A stretch of 64,000 nucleotides of DNA, from contig NC_089434.1 in the NCBI RefSeq assembly GCF_026210795.1, forward strand, positions 1,364,001-1,428,000, read 5' to 3'. The notes under the pieces are model-generated. The model did not search any database. It worked only from the letters and a program-made list of their open reading frames with translations, and was not told where the DNA came from. The first letter of the stretch is position 1. Every line of letters begins with the position of its first letter. The translations under genes were made by a program, and so were the position numbers. Of the stretch, positions 14,016 through 28,700 are shown piece after piece. Origin of the DNA: Rhizophagus irregularis. Lineage: Eukaryota.

Positions 14016-15935
14016 ATGACAATGACACCGGAACAAACACAATTATATCGTTCAAAATTAGAACAAGTAATAATTAATACTTCAGAAACTATAAAAACTT
14101 GGAAAAATTATGAACGAGATTATAAATCCTTAAAAGATACTTTGAGTGAATTAGATCATGAAACCGAACATAAAGTTATGGTGAGTTTTAAACGTAAAAA
14201 AAAAATCCTTTTTTCTCTTTAATTAATGTAAATAAATAATTACAATTTTTATTATTAGGTACCAATTGGTAAATTAGCATTCATGCCAGGAAAATTAATC
14301 CATACTAATGAAATTTTGGCGATGCTTGGTGATAATTGGTTTGTAGAACGATCAACAAAACAATCCATTGGAATAGTAGAAAGAAGAATGGATAGTAAGT
14401 GATCAATAATAGAAAAAAAAATAAAAATCGATTTCTTCGATTGTCATTTATCAAGAATTTTTTTTTAGATGTGAATCACCTATATTATAATTATTATAAT
14501 TAGTGGTGAGCAAAACTATCAATGATTTGGAATTACAACTTGAAAATCAACGAACAAAAATTGGATTGTCTTCAAATATTTTGGATCTTTCAGGTTTACA
14601 GGAATCAAAGGTATATAAGAAAATGATCTTTTTATATAATTATATATATATATATTTTTTTTTAAAAAAAAATGAAGGTTAATTTTTTATATTGGACATA
14701 GTTTAACGAAGAAGGATTACCTTTTGTGGATATTATGGAAGAATATAATTCTGATGATGAAAAGAAAGATAAACAACAAGTTAAAGAGAAAAAAGCTGTT
14801 AAAGGTAAAATATATGATATATTATTCTATTTTACACGTTAAATAAATATGATTTATCAATTTATATTTCTAAGATCTCGGCAAAGATACTCCTAAAAGT
14901 AGTGAAGATCGATTTGGATATTTGGATGAGTTAATTAAAGAGGAAGAGGAGGAATTAAGACGAGAAAATTTTTTGGGATCAGATGAAGATGATTATGAAG
15001 AAGAATTAGAGGAGGAGGAGGAGGAAGAAGATGAAGAATATTGGGATGATGAAGTTGAGGAAGATGACGAAATATATTCTGAAGAAGAATATGAAGAGGA
15101 GGAGGTGACAGTGGAGGAGAGAGTAAAAGAAAAATCAACAGTTAAACATAATAAAAAAGTTACATTCGCTAATCAATCTTCAAAAGCACAAGAAATTCGA
15201 TCACCAGCTGATATTTACGCGCATATGCTAAAGAAAGCAAAACAAAATGAGCAATCAACAGACGTGGAAAAAATTACGCCGGAAGACATAGATTTCATTT
15301 CACCTTTAAATAAACCTGAAGAAAGAAAAAAGCCTACATCATTGTTCAAATCAGGAAGGCGATCTAATTTATTATATACTCCACAAGAAACACGTAAACC
15401 TACACCTTCAACTGTTTCCATTGGAAGTGTAAAAGAGAATATTATTACAAAAAATTCTCAACGCATTACAAATTCACCAGTCAAATCAACTGTTGTGGAA
15501 AAAGAGGTTCGTTCTGAAGACGTTGATGTGGAAGCATTAGAAGATGAGATTTGGATGAAAGAGGTTATTTAAAATTTGAGATGCATGTTTTAATATATTG
15601 AATTTATATTATATATTCATATATATACATATTATTTTTTTTTTAGATAAGTTCGGAATATCATCAAAAACGGTTACAGTTTATAGCTCAAGAAGGTGGA
15701 TTAACTTCCATACTTGAACCAAAACAATTTAAAGATGTAAGTATGACGTTTTAAAATATTTTTTTTTTTGTAATTTTGAAATAATTAATTGACCCGACTT
15801 TTGTTTTAGACCGTGGAAGATTCTGAAGATCTTATTGCTGAAGATAGTAAATCAACTTCGCAACCAATAATAGAAGAGAAACCTAAAAAAATTTCCAAAT
15901 TTAAAGCTGCCAGGTTACAAGGAAAATTTGAATAA
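14016..15935 (+). CDS. BUD27: Unconventional prefoldin RPB5 interactor (URI1/Bud27 homolog), multi-exon
   Basis: Alpha-prefoldin hairpin VMVPIGKLAFMPGKLIHTNEILAMLGDNWFVERSTKQSIGIVERR, acidic tract, and C-terminal URI-box KKISKFKAARL. Confidence 0.88.
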
Positions 15936-16399
15936 TTTTGAATTTCTATACATATTTTCTTTATATGCTGTTCCTTAATACTAAGAGAGGCGGAAATATA
16001 TTGTCTTTTTACAAATTGTAATTTTTAATAAAATTAAATGGTTAATGTTTACTTGCTATTTTTTTTATTGGTCATTTTATAAACAATATAACAATCTGAG
16101 AACTCTTTATTTTGTGCATTCAATGTGTTCAGGGCATTTTGCACTTATCATTCTTAATAAAAATGGCTCCTACAAGTATTAAATGACAAGTTAGAAATGT
16201 TTCCTAACTTATAAAGTAAATATGTGTACTGCACATGAGCATAATGAATTCTTTTGCCTCAATACTGATGTAAAAATAGTTTGGTTTTTATGTACACCAC
16301 AAAATTTAAAAATTTTAATACATTACGTAATGGACACAATAGCCACGAAGAAATATTAACTATAAAATACTGATCTAATACAGATAAAAAAAGTAGAAA

Positions 16400-19200
16400 A
16401 TAATGGTCTTCAAACATTTTTGAGGTTCGGGAATCACAGCGGCATATTTTGCTGATTCATCTCCGACGTTAGTCTCACTACGAAGGATCCACGATCAACA
16501 AGTTCGAATTTAGGGTCGATTATGGTTGAAGTAATGTATTACTGAATGAATTATAGAATCAGCTATTGGACCAACCGGACTTATTAGAATGCCGTTGTAT
16601 TCTCTTCTAGATAACGTTCTATACGCGTATGTTCGACGATCTGTTCTATTCCTATGAGCGGCTTGAACGCATGCTTAAAATAAAGCAATTAATTAATATA
16701 AATGCAATGAATCAAATGAAAAATCAAGTTAAATAATAAATAATTACGTTCTATTAGCCATTTCCACAGTTCTTGGAATTTATAATCTTGCATATTTCAT
16801 AACAATAATAAAAGTTATATATTTATAATATTAGATCATCGGATAATTATTCTCTGTCCTTTAAATCTAATTTTGTATATATTACAAAATATTTCTATTT
16901 TTTATAAATATTTAAAAAATTAAATAATTTCGGAAACTGTTTCGTCTATCGATATCCGCCTCAACATGTTCTTGAAGAACTTTATCGTAAGTTTTTACTA
17001 ATTAGGCCACCAATGCTTTTATTGTCTCCTCCTTACTTTGATCGAAAAAAGAATCTTCCATTTTCAGCAAATTGACCTCCGAAGTAATCTTGAGATTATC
17101 TTCTAAATTTACGTTATTAGGTAGGCCAATTCTAAGAATTATCTCTGAGCTCTTCAACAAATTCTTCTTTTGTTGAAGAATTACTCAATTTGTTTAATAA
17201 AAATTGTACATATAATTCAAATTTTGTAAATTTGATCGGGTTCATCTTAAAAGGTTGATCTAGAAATTGTCTTTGCATTGGAGAGTAATGCAAAAAAAGA
17301 GTTGTAAGTATGACTGACTTTAAACAATCCTCTTTTCTTTTACCCCACGTGTTTATGTTCACGTCAAGGACATTTGTATGAACTATCCATATTCAAGATT
17401 CCTATAAACTGTTCTTGAACAAATTAAAAATATAGTTCATCCACCTACTTGAGACCACTTCTTTAGCATTAGGATATTTGTGCATTATCAAGTTCTTTAT
17501 TTCCTCCCATTGATTATAAGTATTAACATACAATTTCAAAGTGTTCTGATTTGGCCTGTACCACCAGCCGAACAAGTCGATTTTTTGGTAACATTCCATT
17601 ATGACAGTAATAGAATATTAATCCTATCCAAAATGTTGTTCATCATCAGATGATGCTAATGTATTATCACCTAGTAAATTGAATAGATTTAATAGATGTA
17701 AAATGTAATGTCGATAATTATCAAGTCTGGAAATTATCACTTACTTTGCTTTGATTGTTTGCTGTATGTTTTAACATATTTAGAAGCAGCGAAAGTCATC
17801 TGATGTCCATTAATCCCAAAAAATAACGCATCCGGCTTTTCCAATAGAGGTTGAAGCATAATTTTAAAGCATTTGTGGTAAACTTTATGCTGCAAATTTC
17901 GAAATTTTCGGTACTTCTAATACCGGTGTAACAGCTTCTTTTTATCTTTTGAGTGGTATCTAAAAAATAAATGATCAAAGGTTTATTAACATATCTAATG
18001 AATAATAAATATATATGGATAATTACCTTCTATTGGTGTTGGAGTTTGCGAAGATTAAATATTTCCACAAAACCATACACCTTCGCATATAAACAGATCA
18101 AAATATTAAGGCTATATGTTCACTTATTGGTTTCCAACTTCCGCTTTGCGGCAATTGTGGCATCACTGGCATACTCCTACTAAGATGACAGAAGGGATAC
18201 GTTAGTCTTCTATCAGCTATATGCTTTCGACACATATACGGATCACATATTTAACGAAGGGGGACAATCTCACCTATAGGGGATACCATCAAAGCTATGT
18301 GCTCAGTTACATCAGCCGATTTTTCAGTTTCTGTGCTGGTTACCTCTAAGAATAGTCGTACACATTGATTGCCCGGATCCCCTCATCATCCGCTTCACTA
18401 AGTTCGGGAGAATGATAGTCTCTATTTGCTAATACCTTTAATAATTCACGCTTTTCATAAATCATAACGCGTTCGCCATTATTCACGTACAGCACAAGGA
18501 TGAGGCGATGGCGTTGGATACTCTTTGTGCCCTGGAAGTGGGGGAGAACAAGCAGCAAGATATGAAGAAGAGATAACCGAGCAGACAACTACTTTCATAA
18601 CTTCTCATCCACTGCAGATGCCGCCGTACTGAAAGATTCCCGAAATTCATAAACCAAAGTGTGATTTTTTTTTTTCATTCTAATAAAAAAAGGACAATTG
18701 ACAGTTATATTAATATTGTGACAGAAAGGAAACAAATTCTGGTAAGGCAAAGCACCAAGAACCGCAGCTCACTGCACTCTCCAATTACCATTGAAGGTGT
18801 TTTATCGCACCCCATCCAATCATCCAAAGAGATATATCATTTTAGCTCCGTCCACTTCAAAACTGACTTATTGAGGAGGAAAAGATACTTAACTTTAATT
18901 AAGGTGAATGATTTGCTAAACATGTTCTCACCCAATTCATTATTATTGTTTGGTTACAAGAAAGTCGGGAGTGTTTCTCAGCAGGAAATACCTGTATTGT
19001 TGGCGGTAAAGCAGGAAACTTAACAAGTGCCATTCACAGTTAAGTATAAAAAGTTAGTTCTACTTACGATTTCTACTGAGATTTCTACTGAGATTTCTAG
19101 CGAGAAAGAAAAACTTATAAGTACCAGGGAAGAGATAACTTCAAAACAAAGCGCGCAAAGACTTACCTTCCAATACTGTAGCCACAATTTCCAAAGGATT
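16400..19200 (-). pseudogene. Decayed multi-exon coding sequence(s), possibly transposon-borne
   Basis: Several short minus-strand ORF pieces with protein-like composition (e.g. RELLKVLANRDYHSPELSEADDEG; YVNTYNQWEEIK) interrupted by stops. Family unknown. Confidence 0.35.
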
Positions 19201-19549
19201 TTATTATATTTTGTTTTACATAACTAGCTAACAATCTACAGGTAACTATCTAAGATAAGAACATGGAGTAGAGAGAAAATATGAAACTGATAGGTTACCC
19301 TATAGAGATAATTAGATAATTACCAAGAACTTCAAACAATTTGACTCCATTCATGGTTACACGAGATTTATCACGAGATTTTTTTTATACATTTAAAATT
19401 GTAAAAACTAAAAACCTTATTTTGTTACAAAAACAATCAACAATACAATAAAGCAGTTAAAGCAGTTAAAGCAGTTATTATTATATCATGTTAAAAATAA
19501 AAAATGGTTTTCACGTTGATTAACCGTTTTATCCCGATCAAATCTATGT

Positions 19550-19689
19550 AATGTGCGGAAATGTGTGGAAACGTGCGGAAAATAGCAAAAAATGTGCGGA
19601 ATGTGCGGAATGTGCGAAATTAAATTACATAACAGTACACAAAAATTTTTGGTCATGTGCGGAGCATATGCGCGCACATTCCGCAACTA
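19550..19689. mobile_element. Orphan hAT-like terminus
   Basis: Multiple GTGCGGAA subterminal repeats ending ...CACATTCCGCAACTA (rc TAGTTGCGGAATGTG). No matching other end found. Confidence 0.45.
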
Positions 19690-20231
19690 GAAAATGAGAT
19701 TATTTTATTTATTGTTTTACATACAAAACATAGCCGTATGACTATACAATAACCTATTTAAAATGGTGGAAGTTATTGCCAACTTAATCAGACCAAGGCC
19801 TAATATAACAATGTAGCTATGGAGAAGCTTGGCTCTGAAAATATTATTGTTAAACACAGATATGTGATTAGAACAAATCTTTGTGAAAAATCAATGGGAT
19901 CATATTTATTTTAATTTTGACCAAAAAAAAATAATTTGCATATTGTAATACTAAGTACTAAATAGCTTAGAAAGAAAAGAGGAAATAATTGTATGTAATA
20001 AATTGAAATTGGTAAAAGAGAATTAACGACAAAACGAGAATAAATTACAATATGGGGGGAAAAAAATAAAGGAATGTAGTTAAATCATAATTAAAACTTA
20101 ATTTGAATGATTTTTTTTTTGTTAAACTTATAATAAAGTTGTCACAAACGCGTTAATTTTTTATACTATATAGTCAAAAAAAAGCATAAAATTTTAAGAC
20201 TAATTGATTATTTAGTAAATAAAAAATTCAA

Positions 20232-21167
20232 TCAATGATTATTCTCCACTATAGAAGTTTTATCCTCACGTTCTGGACGAATGTCTTGCATAATTTTATA
20301 TCTATCCAAAGGCTGATCGGCAAGATTAGATTCTTTTGACGTTACATTATCATTCTTTCTCATGGATAAAATAGTATTAATATCGTGAGTGTAAGAATTA
20401 TGAGAATTTCTAAACGCGTTAAATTGATCGATTGATACTTCATTGTGTGGTATATGTGGAATATACATATTAGGGTGTTGAGAATGTTGGTAATGAATGT
20501 GAGACGATTCATTAGGAGGCATATAATGAAATGGAGGATCAATCATAGCATAAGTATATTGAGCAGGGAAAGTTGTCTGAAAATTTTCAAAAGTTGTAAA
20601 CGAGTTTGTTTGTAACGCAAAAGAGATTGAAGGACGTGATTCTTGTTGCATAAATGAATTTGATCTTGAAGGAGAAGTCCAAATTGGAGAAGTTGGTGAA
20701 CATGAGAGAGAAATCATAGGACTCATTAAATTACCAGGATTAATTTGAGGTTTTGTATGACGTTGTTTCCTATTAGGTTTATAAACATATCCAGGATTGA
20801 TATACCCATGTTCAATTTTTGCGGTATTTGCAAGTTTTGTAAATAACTCAATAACCTCAGGAGTACACTTTTTCCAAGCTTCACTCGCAAGACAAGAAAC
20901 AGTTGGAACTTGAAATTTTAAATTACAGATAGCCGCTTGAAAAATAGAACGAAAAATAAAAAACTTATTTGGTGGACGAGCCGGTTTATCAGGTTGAGTT
21001 TTTGCCTTTTTGAAGAAAAATCTATCACGAATTTCCTGAATAGTTGGTACAGGAAATTCGAATTGAACACCGTCGTCCAATTTCACGACTACGAAGTCAT
21101 GTTTTCCTCGTAAATCGAGAAACGTCTCAACAACTTTACCATTAACTTTCGATCTATGTTGAGACAT
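20232..21167 (-). CDS. MATA-type HMG-box transcription factor
   Basis: HMG box KPARPPNKFFIFRS...VSCLASEAWKKCTPEVIELFTKLA...HGYINPGYVYKPNRK, followed by an S/P/Q/H-rich tail. Confidence 0.9.
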   Translation of the reverse strand: MSQHRSKVNGKVVETFLDLRGKHDFVVVKLDDGVQFEFPVPTIQEIRDRFFFKKAKTQPDKPARPPNKFFIFRSIFQAAICNLKFQVPTVSCLASEAWKKCTPEVIELFTKLANTAKIEHGYINPGYVYKPNRKQRHTKPQINPGNLMSPMISLSCSPTSPIWTSPSRSNSFMQQESRPSISFALQTNSFTTFENFQTTFPAQYTYAMIDPPFHYMPPNESSHIHYQHSQHPNMYIPHIPHNEVSIDQFNAFRNSHNSYTHDINTILSMRKNDNVTSKESNLADQPLDRYKIMQDIRPEREDKTSIVENNH

Positions 21168-22795
21168 TACTGCACAAGAGAAGAAAATATATAATTTTTT
21201 TTTTTTTGAAGAAAAAATAACGATATGAATATTTATTTATTTCTCGAAAAAAAACATTTTTTTTTTTAATGAGATAAGAGAAAAACACGTTAATTTATAA
21301 TTAAAAAAAAAGTTCCCGAATCTTCTTATTTTTAGAAAAATTAGCTATTGATGTACGAAAAAAAGTAAATCTCCCTTATTTGATACTATTTTGATATATC
21401 AATAACAATCCTTTTTTGCATGAAAAAATTCGTTCTTCAATGAAATTTCAAACAATAGCATTGTAAGAAAGTTATTTATTTCTATAAAAAGGAAATAAAA
21501 AAAGTAAACCATTCGAATATACAAAGATTTCAGAAATTATCCGTCACATAATATTGCAACTGCGGTGATCACCTGAATGTAATCGAGTTCATGACTTATA
21601 AATAACGCATATTATTGGTTAAATATCACGTGAACATTGAATTATGTTAACGACTCTAGGAAGTTTGATGAAAACGTTAGTTTAAACTAATTTAAGCGGA
21701 GTTTTAAAGTCACGTGAATATTCTTTGACTTTTTCACATGCCATGATTGTCATCGTCATACTTTTTCATTAACCAATTTCGTACTCATTGATGCAATTTA
21801 ATTATATTAGTATAAATGAGCAAGATTTTAACTTTATTTATCTATTTAATAATTTGTTTGGTATATTATTTATCTGTTATATTATCCGTTATATTATTTG
21901 TTACAAATTTTTAATACGAATAATAATAAAATCCGAGTTATTAAATATTACTACAAATTACGAATTATTCATTTTTAATTACCATCAAAAATTTTGTTTT
22001 GAAAGGATAATGAAAATCATTTGAAATCGCAAATGTGAACGAATTGGAGGATAAATGGATTTCTATTCGTCAATTCGGATTTCGGATAGTCCGTTGATTG
22101 ACAATGTATAACACAAATTGATTAAATTAATTATTTTGCAATATAAACAATGGAGAATAATATTATAAAGATTATAACAAAAAAGGGTTCAATTATATGA
22201 AAAGAACTTAATTTATTCCTAAATAAAAAACAAAAAACAAAAAAAAATAATGATGACGATCCGAATATTGTATAAGATAAAACAGTGAATAGATTGAAAC
22301 GAATGAAAAATAAACAAATAATTGGATTCAATTACGAGATCATTTCCTGTAAACTCGATTAGTGGTAAAAATTCAATTAAATCGACATTTTGCGTCAAAA
22401 TTTATTATACTGCGCCGAAATTTATTATTCTGCGCCATCTTACCAAAATAAGGTTAAATTTTTTTGTTGTCAGTAAATTATTAAACCATATAATTAATAA
22501 TGATGTAACGAATCAATGTATGAATTTGTATGAATTTGACTTTGTAACACGTTACATTTAATACTAATTTAAGATATGCTTTGCCTGATTTATGCTTTGT
22601 TATAATTATGACATGATTTGCCTTTTTCTTGTTCTTCCAGATTATCCATTATTATTAATATTATTTTTTATGTAACGTAACACTTGATCGCAAAATCGGA
22701 ATTCCCATAGTGTTTATCTTTCTCAAGTTTTTCATTCCTGCTTTAGTCGATCATTTTTCGTTTTTATCCTGCTCCTTTATACATATTAGTTAATA

Positions 22796-25700
22796 ATGTA
22801 TTATTCTATCAAAGTTATTATCATTTTTATAATATCTTTCGTCATTTTATATTATGGCGTCGAATATTTTACTCGTTTTATTGGAAAAAAATTTAAAATT
22901 CATGTTGGATCTATAGGTTTTTTATCAATAGGTGACTTATCTTATAGTGGTATTATACCTGGTCCTCAACAATCTCAACATTCTTTTAAAATTTCTGTAA
23001 ATAAATTTTATTTACAAGTAAGAAGACCAAATTTATATCGTAAAACTTGGTTAACTATAACAATTGATGGTTTAAATTTAAATTTTTCTTCTGTAAAAAT
23101 TTTCACTCAAGCGAAATCAAGAAGAGCTCATGTAAGAAGACAAAGTTTAATTTCTGTTGTACCTCAAAAAGCTTGGTGGTCTTCAGTTCGCGTCTTTAAA
23201 TTTATTATGGGAAAATTATCTTCAATACCTTCTCAATTTTTTTTATCTGTTATAACAAATTATGTTAATGTGGATGTTTCAAATATTAATTTATTAATTC
23301 AAGATTTAGGAAGATTTCAAATTGAAGGATGTAATTTAGGAATGTCTTTATTCGCTGATGTTGATGTTGAAAATTCTAAAAATAATAATAATTTTAATAA
23401 TAATAGTAATGATAATATTTATAGTGATAATAAACAATTTAATCAACATTTTCGTAATGATTCACAAGCACATCATTCATTTCGAAATCGTCGTCACGTA
23501 TTTTCTAAAAAAATTTTGGATATTACATTCTCTTTCTCTTCATTATCAATTCAAGATATTGAATCTTTTAATAAATTGAATAGTACTAGTAGTTTAATTC
23601 AACATCTTCCAAATATTTCTCCCGCTATTTCTTTACCTTCTTATACTGAAATTATTTTATCTTGTCATCTTTCTCCTACTTGTACTTCACTAATATCTTT
23701 TGATATTAATGTTGATTTGAATCGTATAAATATTGGAATAGATTCTATACTTCGTTTAGTTAATATTATTCAATCAAAACTTCCAAAAAAAGTAAAGAGA
23801 GGTCCCATTGGTCGTGTAAATAATCATTCATCAAATAATTCAAAAGGTTTTAATATGGCTAATTTATTGGATTCCTCATTGGCTAGAAAAATAAGAATGT
23901 CTCGTAGAAAAAAGAGTCCAATTGAATATTTTGGAAACGCTATTCTTAAATTTAATTTAATTAATATTAAATACGAATTTTCTGATTTGGAAAATATCAA
24001 TCATAATGATTTATCTTTAGATTTTCAATTATTAATTAAAGGACTATCTACTTCTTTGAAACAAAATAATGGTGATTCTTTTAATAGTCATCGTAATTCT
24101 ATCATTTTTTCTGAAGATATTCCAAAACCAATAGAATTAATAATGGACTTTTCTGTTGATGATATTCGTGGTGATCTCATAGAAAATAATGACAAAACTT
24201 TTCGTGTGATTCAAGTGGATAAAATAATTAGTAAAATGTTAATATCCAAACCACTTATTCAAACCGCTGATTATGATCCAAATTCCTTATCTTTAAGTGG
24301 TACTTTAGAAATTTCTTCCCCGTTAATATCCATTGATTATGAAAAATTTGATGTTATTGCAAACATCATCGATTCAATCAAAAAATTTGATATCGAAGAA
24401 AAACATGCATCTACTATATCATCTCATCAATCATCGCGTTCGCGATCTCTCGATCATAAAGAGTCAAGTCAACAGATTAAAGGTATTCCAAAATTAGTCG
24501 CCACTTGCTCTATAATTAATCCACTAATTAAAATTACTGGAATCCCTAATCATACGCAAATTGGTGATTTTTCACAATTATCTTTTGGATTTCAAGATAT
24601 ATTATTTGATATTAACGGTGATTATACTGAATTAATTGATTTACCCTCAACTCAATATAAACATGTATTATCAAGAAGATATAATAGAGGTTGGACCCCT
24701 CCAAACTTTTCTTTAATTTATAATTTGATCGTAAGTTTAAAGACTCGTAATATGAAATTATATACTTTTGAGGACGATTTAATCTTTAATCAATCTTTAG
24801 AATTTAGTTTGGCAATTTCTGCTCTAGGAATTATTGGTTCATTAAATAATGATAATGATAATGATACTACAACTTTCATTACAGCTTTAGAAACGGAAAC
24901 AATTCAGGCTGATATTGGTTGGATGGTTGATGAACTTGAGATTAATTTATGTGATCAATCAACTTTCTCTTTATTAAAACAACTTGTAGATGTTGCAAAA
25001 AGATTTCAAAAGGATGAAATTAAAAAAGGAAATGATTTTTCAACAACAGAGATGGTACAACCTCCAATCGTAAGCGTGAGATCTCCAATAATTTACACGG
25101 AAGCTTTACTCTGTCATGTATCTTTAAATTCAATAGGTATAAGAATTGCTGGAATAGATTCATTTATTGGTTCATCAACTTCAAGAGGGATTGATTTTAG
25201 ATTACAGGAAATCGCATTCAATTATAAAGGATCAAGAGCATCAATTGATCCGATGGCATGTTATAATGAAAGAATTAAACTTGGGATATCAACTGAAGAT
25301 TTTAGTGAAATTCAATATGATACTGGAGGTCTACTTCGAGGATTTATGAGAGAGTTAAAATTGACACCTGTTTTGGCAAATTGGGACAAAGAATTATTTA
25401 AAAATACGACTCCTTTAATAAATATACCGGAATTTGAAATTCAAAGTAATTTTACACTTGAATATTCACACAATGGTTACGATATAGTTGTCAACGCTAC
25501 AGTTAGAATTCAGGAAGTTAATTTAGAATATTCGTTACTTTATCATTATTGTTGTTTAGTTGGTATCATAAATATCTTTCGATTATTTCAAATATCATTT
25601 GATAATGAGAATGAGAACACATTACCTACCTCTTCAAATTCATCAAGTAGAATATTATCAAAGATAAATGTCAGTGTTGCAGTGAATAATATTAATGTTA

Positions 25701-28700
25701 CGGTTGATTTACAGGATAACAACAAAATTTTTGCAAGAATGGATTTGCTTAGCTACAAGTTCGTTTCACCTACAGATCATGGAGTTCGTATTAAAAAATT
25801 ACGTGTTTATGGAACAAGTCCGGTAGAGGAAGGATTATGGGATGAAATAGGAAGAGTGGAAAATACACAAATTCTTCTTTTGGATGATGACACAAAAAAT
25901 GGAAAATCTAAAAATAATGATTTAAATGAAAATAATGTGGAAAAATTCGATAAGATGATACGTATTCAATTAGACTCAATTCATGTTCGTATACCTCATA
26001 AATATATTTTAGCTGATGTAATTGAAAGTATAGCTAATACGGCAAAAGCTGTGAAACATTTAATTGAACGAATCTTTGGGAATGAAGAATCAAGTTTACC
26101 TGATCCAGTGGAAGAAGATGCAAAACTTTTACCTACAATACAACTTAAGGTTGGGTTGATAACATTCCGTATTGATGACGATCCATTTGAATCGAAATTA
26201 TCTTTAATATGGAAAGTCGGTTGTCTAGAGCAAAAGGCTAGATTGAGTAGGGATATTGCTTTTGAAGCAAAAGCTCAAGCCATCAGAACTCATGAAGCTT
26301 CACAGTCAAAGAACAATGGAAGCCAATCACAAAGCGAAAATGGTGGATCCACAACCACTTTACATGAAGAAAGAACTATTGGTGCCTTCCGCCCGCAACC
26401 ATCTCCGCACGCGAATTTAAGCATTGATGCAGCACGTAAAGCGTTGAAAGAATATAATTCTAAAAGCTGGATTAAATGTGTAAGGGCTGCAGATCCATCA
26501 CGTACGAATTTACATCAAAATGACGATGATCTGCAAGAGGAATTTCTACCCATTCAAACAACAAAACCTTCAGAGTTTCCTGCTTTATTTAGTGCTACTA
26601 TAGTGAAATTCTTATTTACACTTTCTACTCCTTCTTTTCCAATAGAGGAATTACCAAGATATATGAGTGATATTGGGAAGGGTTTACCGTTAGATACAAA
26701 ATTTGCTGTTTTAGTTCCAATGCATTTGAGCGCGAAATTAAGAGAAGCTTGGGTTGAAGTGCGTGATTATCCGCTTCCATTAGCCCATATTCCATCTACA
26801 GATAGTCTTCGTGGAAAGAATATATACTCTTTCTTTCTTGAAGGAGATTTGGTGGTTGGAGAAGAATTAAGAGGAGCGGAATCAATTAGAAGAGCAGTTG
26901 TGGATATTGTTACACCACGACATATAAAAGGTGATGATAGTAAATATACTATTCTCGTTCCAAGAACTGTCTCACCAGTTAAACTATATTCGGACCTTCG
27001 TGTAAAAATTGATTCTTCACGGCCAACTGTTTGTTCATGGAGTATTTCTATGCAACCTGCAATACAACATTTCGCGAAAGTATTTGAAAGTTTTACTAAA
27101 CCTAATCCTGATCCTTCAGAAGCCATCGGATTTTGGGATAAAATGAGAATAATGATGCACGTTAGAATATTAGCTGAATTCAAGGGATCAGGTGATTTAC
27201 AATTTTATGCTAAGGGCACACGTGATCCATATTTAGTTACCGGACGCGGTGCTGGTTTTGTCTTATGTTGGAGCAAGCATGTTGAAATACGATTAGGTTA
27301 TTCAAATGATCAAAATGAAGTCCTTCAGGTTGATAGCGAAGAATTTACTTGTGCTATTCCTAATTTAGTCGCTGTGGTCTCTGATGGCAGTTTATCCGCT
27401 GATAATACTGGTCTAGAAGCTAAGCTTCAGAATGAGAGTTTACCTGATTCGGAAACTAGTACAATACGAACTCAGAATTCATCAAATGCTACAATAAATG
27501 ATGTATTACACGGTAATTTTTTGAAGAGAATAATGAAACTTTGTGGAGGTGTGAGATATGGTATGGGGGTTCATTTTCAAAGACTCTGTGATAATGATCA
27601 TGGACTATGTTCAGCCTGTGGAGGACAACGAAAATGTCGCTTAACAGATTTTATACCTCATTATGAAATAATTACACGAATGCCCGAATATGCAATTGTA
27701 CCAAAGGGACAAGTAATTATATTGTGATTTTATTTATTCTGTTACGCTTAATTAATTACCTAATTACCTACTAATCTATTTATATTGTTAGGTCTACGAT
27801 TCTTTTAAAGGTTTCCGATCCGATTTTGTTCATCTTTCAGTCAGTGTAACATGTCCCATAAATTTAAATAAATCTGATGATTCTCATATTTGTGAAAAGA
27901 ACTCTATAGAATTAAGTCCGAAATCACTTATACATATTCTATCGTGGGCGTTTCTTTTTGAACCTGCAATGTCTATTCCCATTCGCCAAGGAGCTTTATT
28001 TCCTTCTCTTGAACCTCCTTCTCCAAAGCTTGGAAAATATCTTGGAACTATAAAAATCAAAATATGCGTAGGTACTTTGTTCCTTAGTCATTTTTATCGG
28101 GAAGATGCTTTTGAACCATTAAGTGGAAGAACGCACATTGTAGGGATTAAGGGAAAGATCGAAAGTTTCAAATTTGATATGCATCTTCGTAGCAAAGAGA
28201 AAATTATTGAAGTGGAAGAAGGGAAAGAAGTCAAAGGTAGAGATATAATCTTACATGAAGCTGAAGTAGATTTAAAAAATCTAGATTTTAGAGGAATTAC
28301 TGCTCGATACGTACAAGAAAATGTATTTTCAAGCTTTTCCGATGAAAGTGATAGTGATGGAAGAGAATTCTTATTAGGAAAAGATGAAGATTTCATGGTA
28401 ACGTATGCTGAAGATGAAGAATGGATCGATGAAGCTAATTTTGTTGAGTTGGATTTGATGTTACCAGATTCTAAACCTGGTGTTAGAGTATTGCCTTTAA
28501 TGAGAAGTCCACAAATGATGTATTACAAACGTCCAGACGAAAATGATACATATGAAGACAAGAAGACAGACCAAGAAACTCATATATGTGTTATGGGGCA
28601 GGGTCGAGGTAATTCTTTTTTTTTTAAAAAAATAAATAAATAAATATTTCTTTTAATTTACATTACAAACATAACTTTTTTATGTTAATTATCAGATACT

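Noticed and set aside
20232..21167. Mating-type locus call
   Set aside because: MATA-HMGs are numerous in this group and diagnostic flanking genes are absent.
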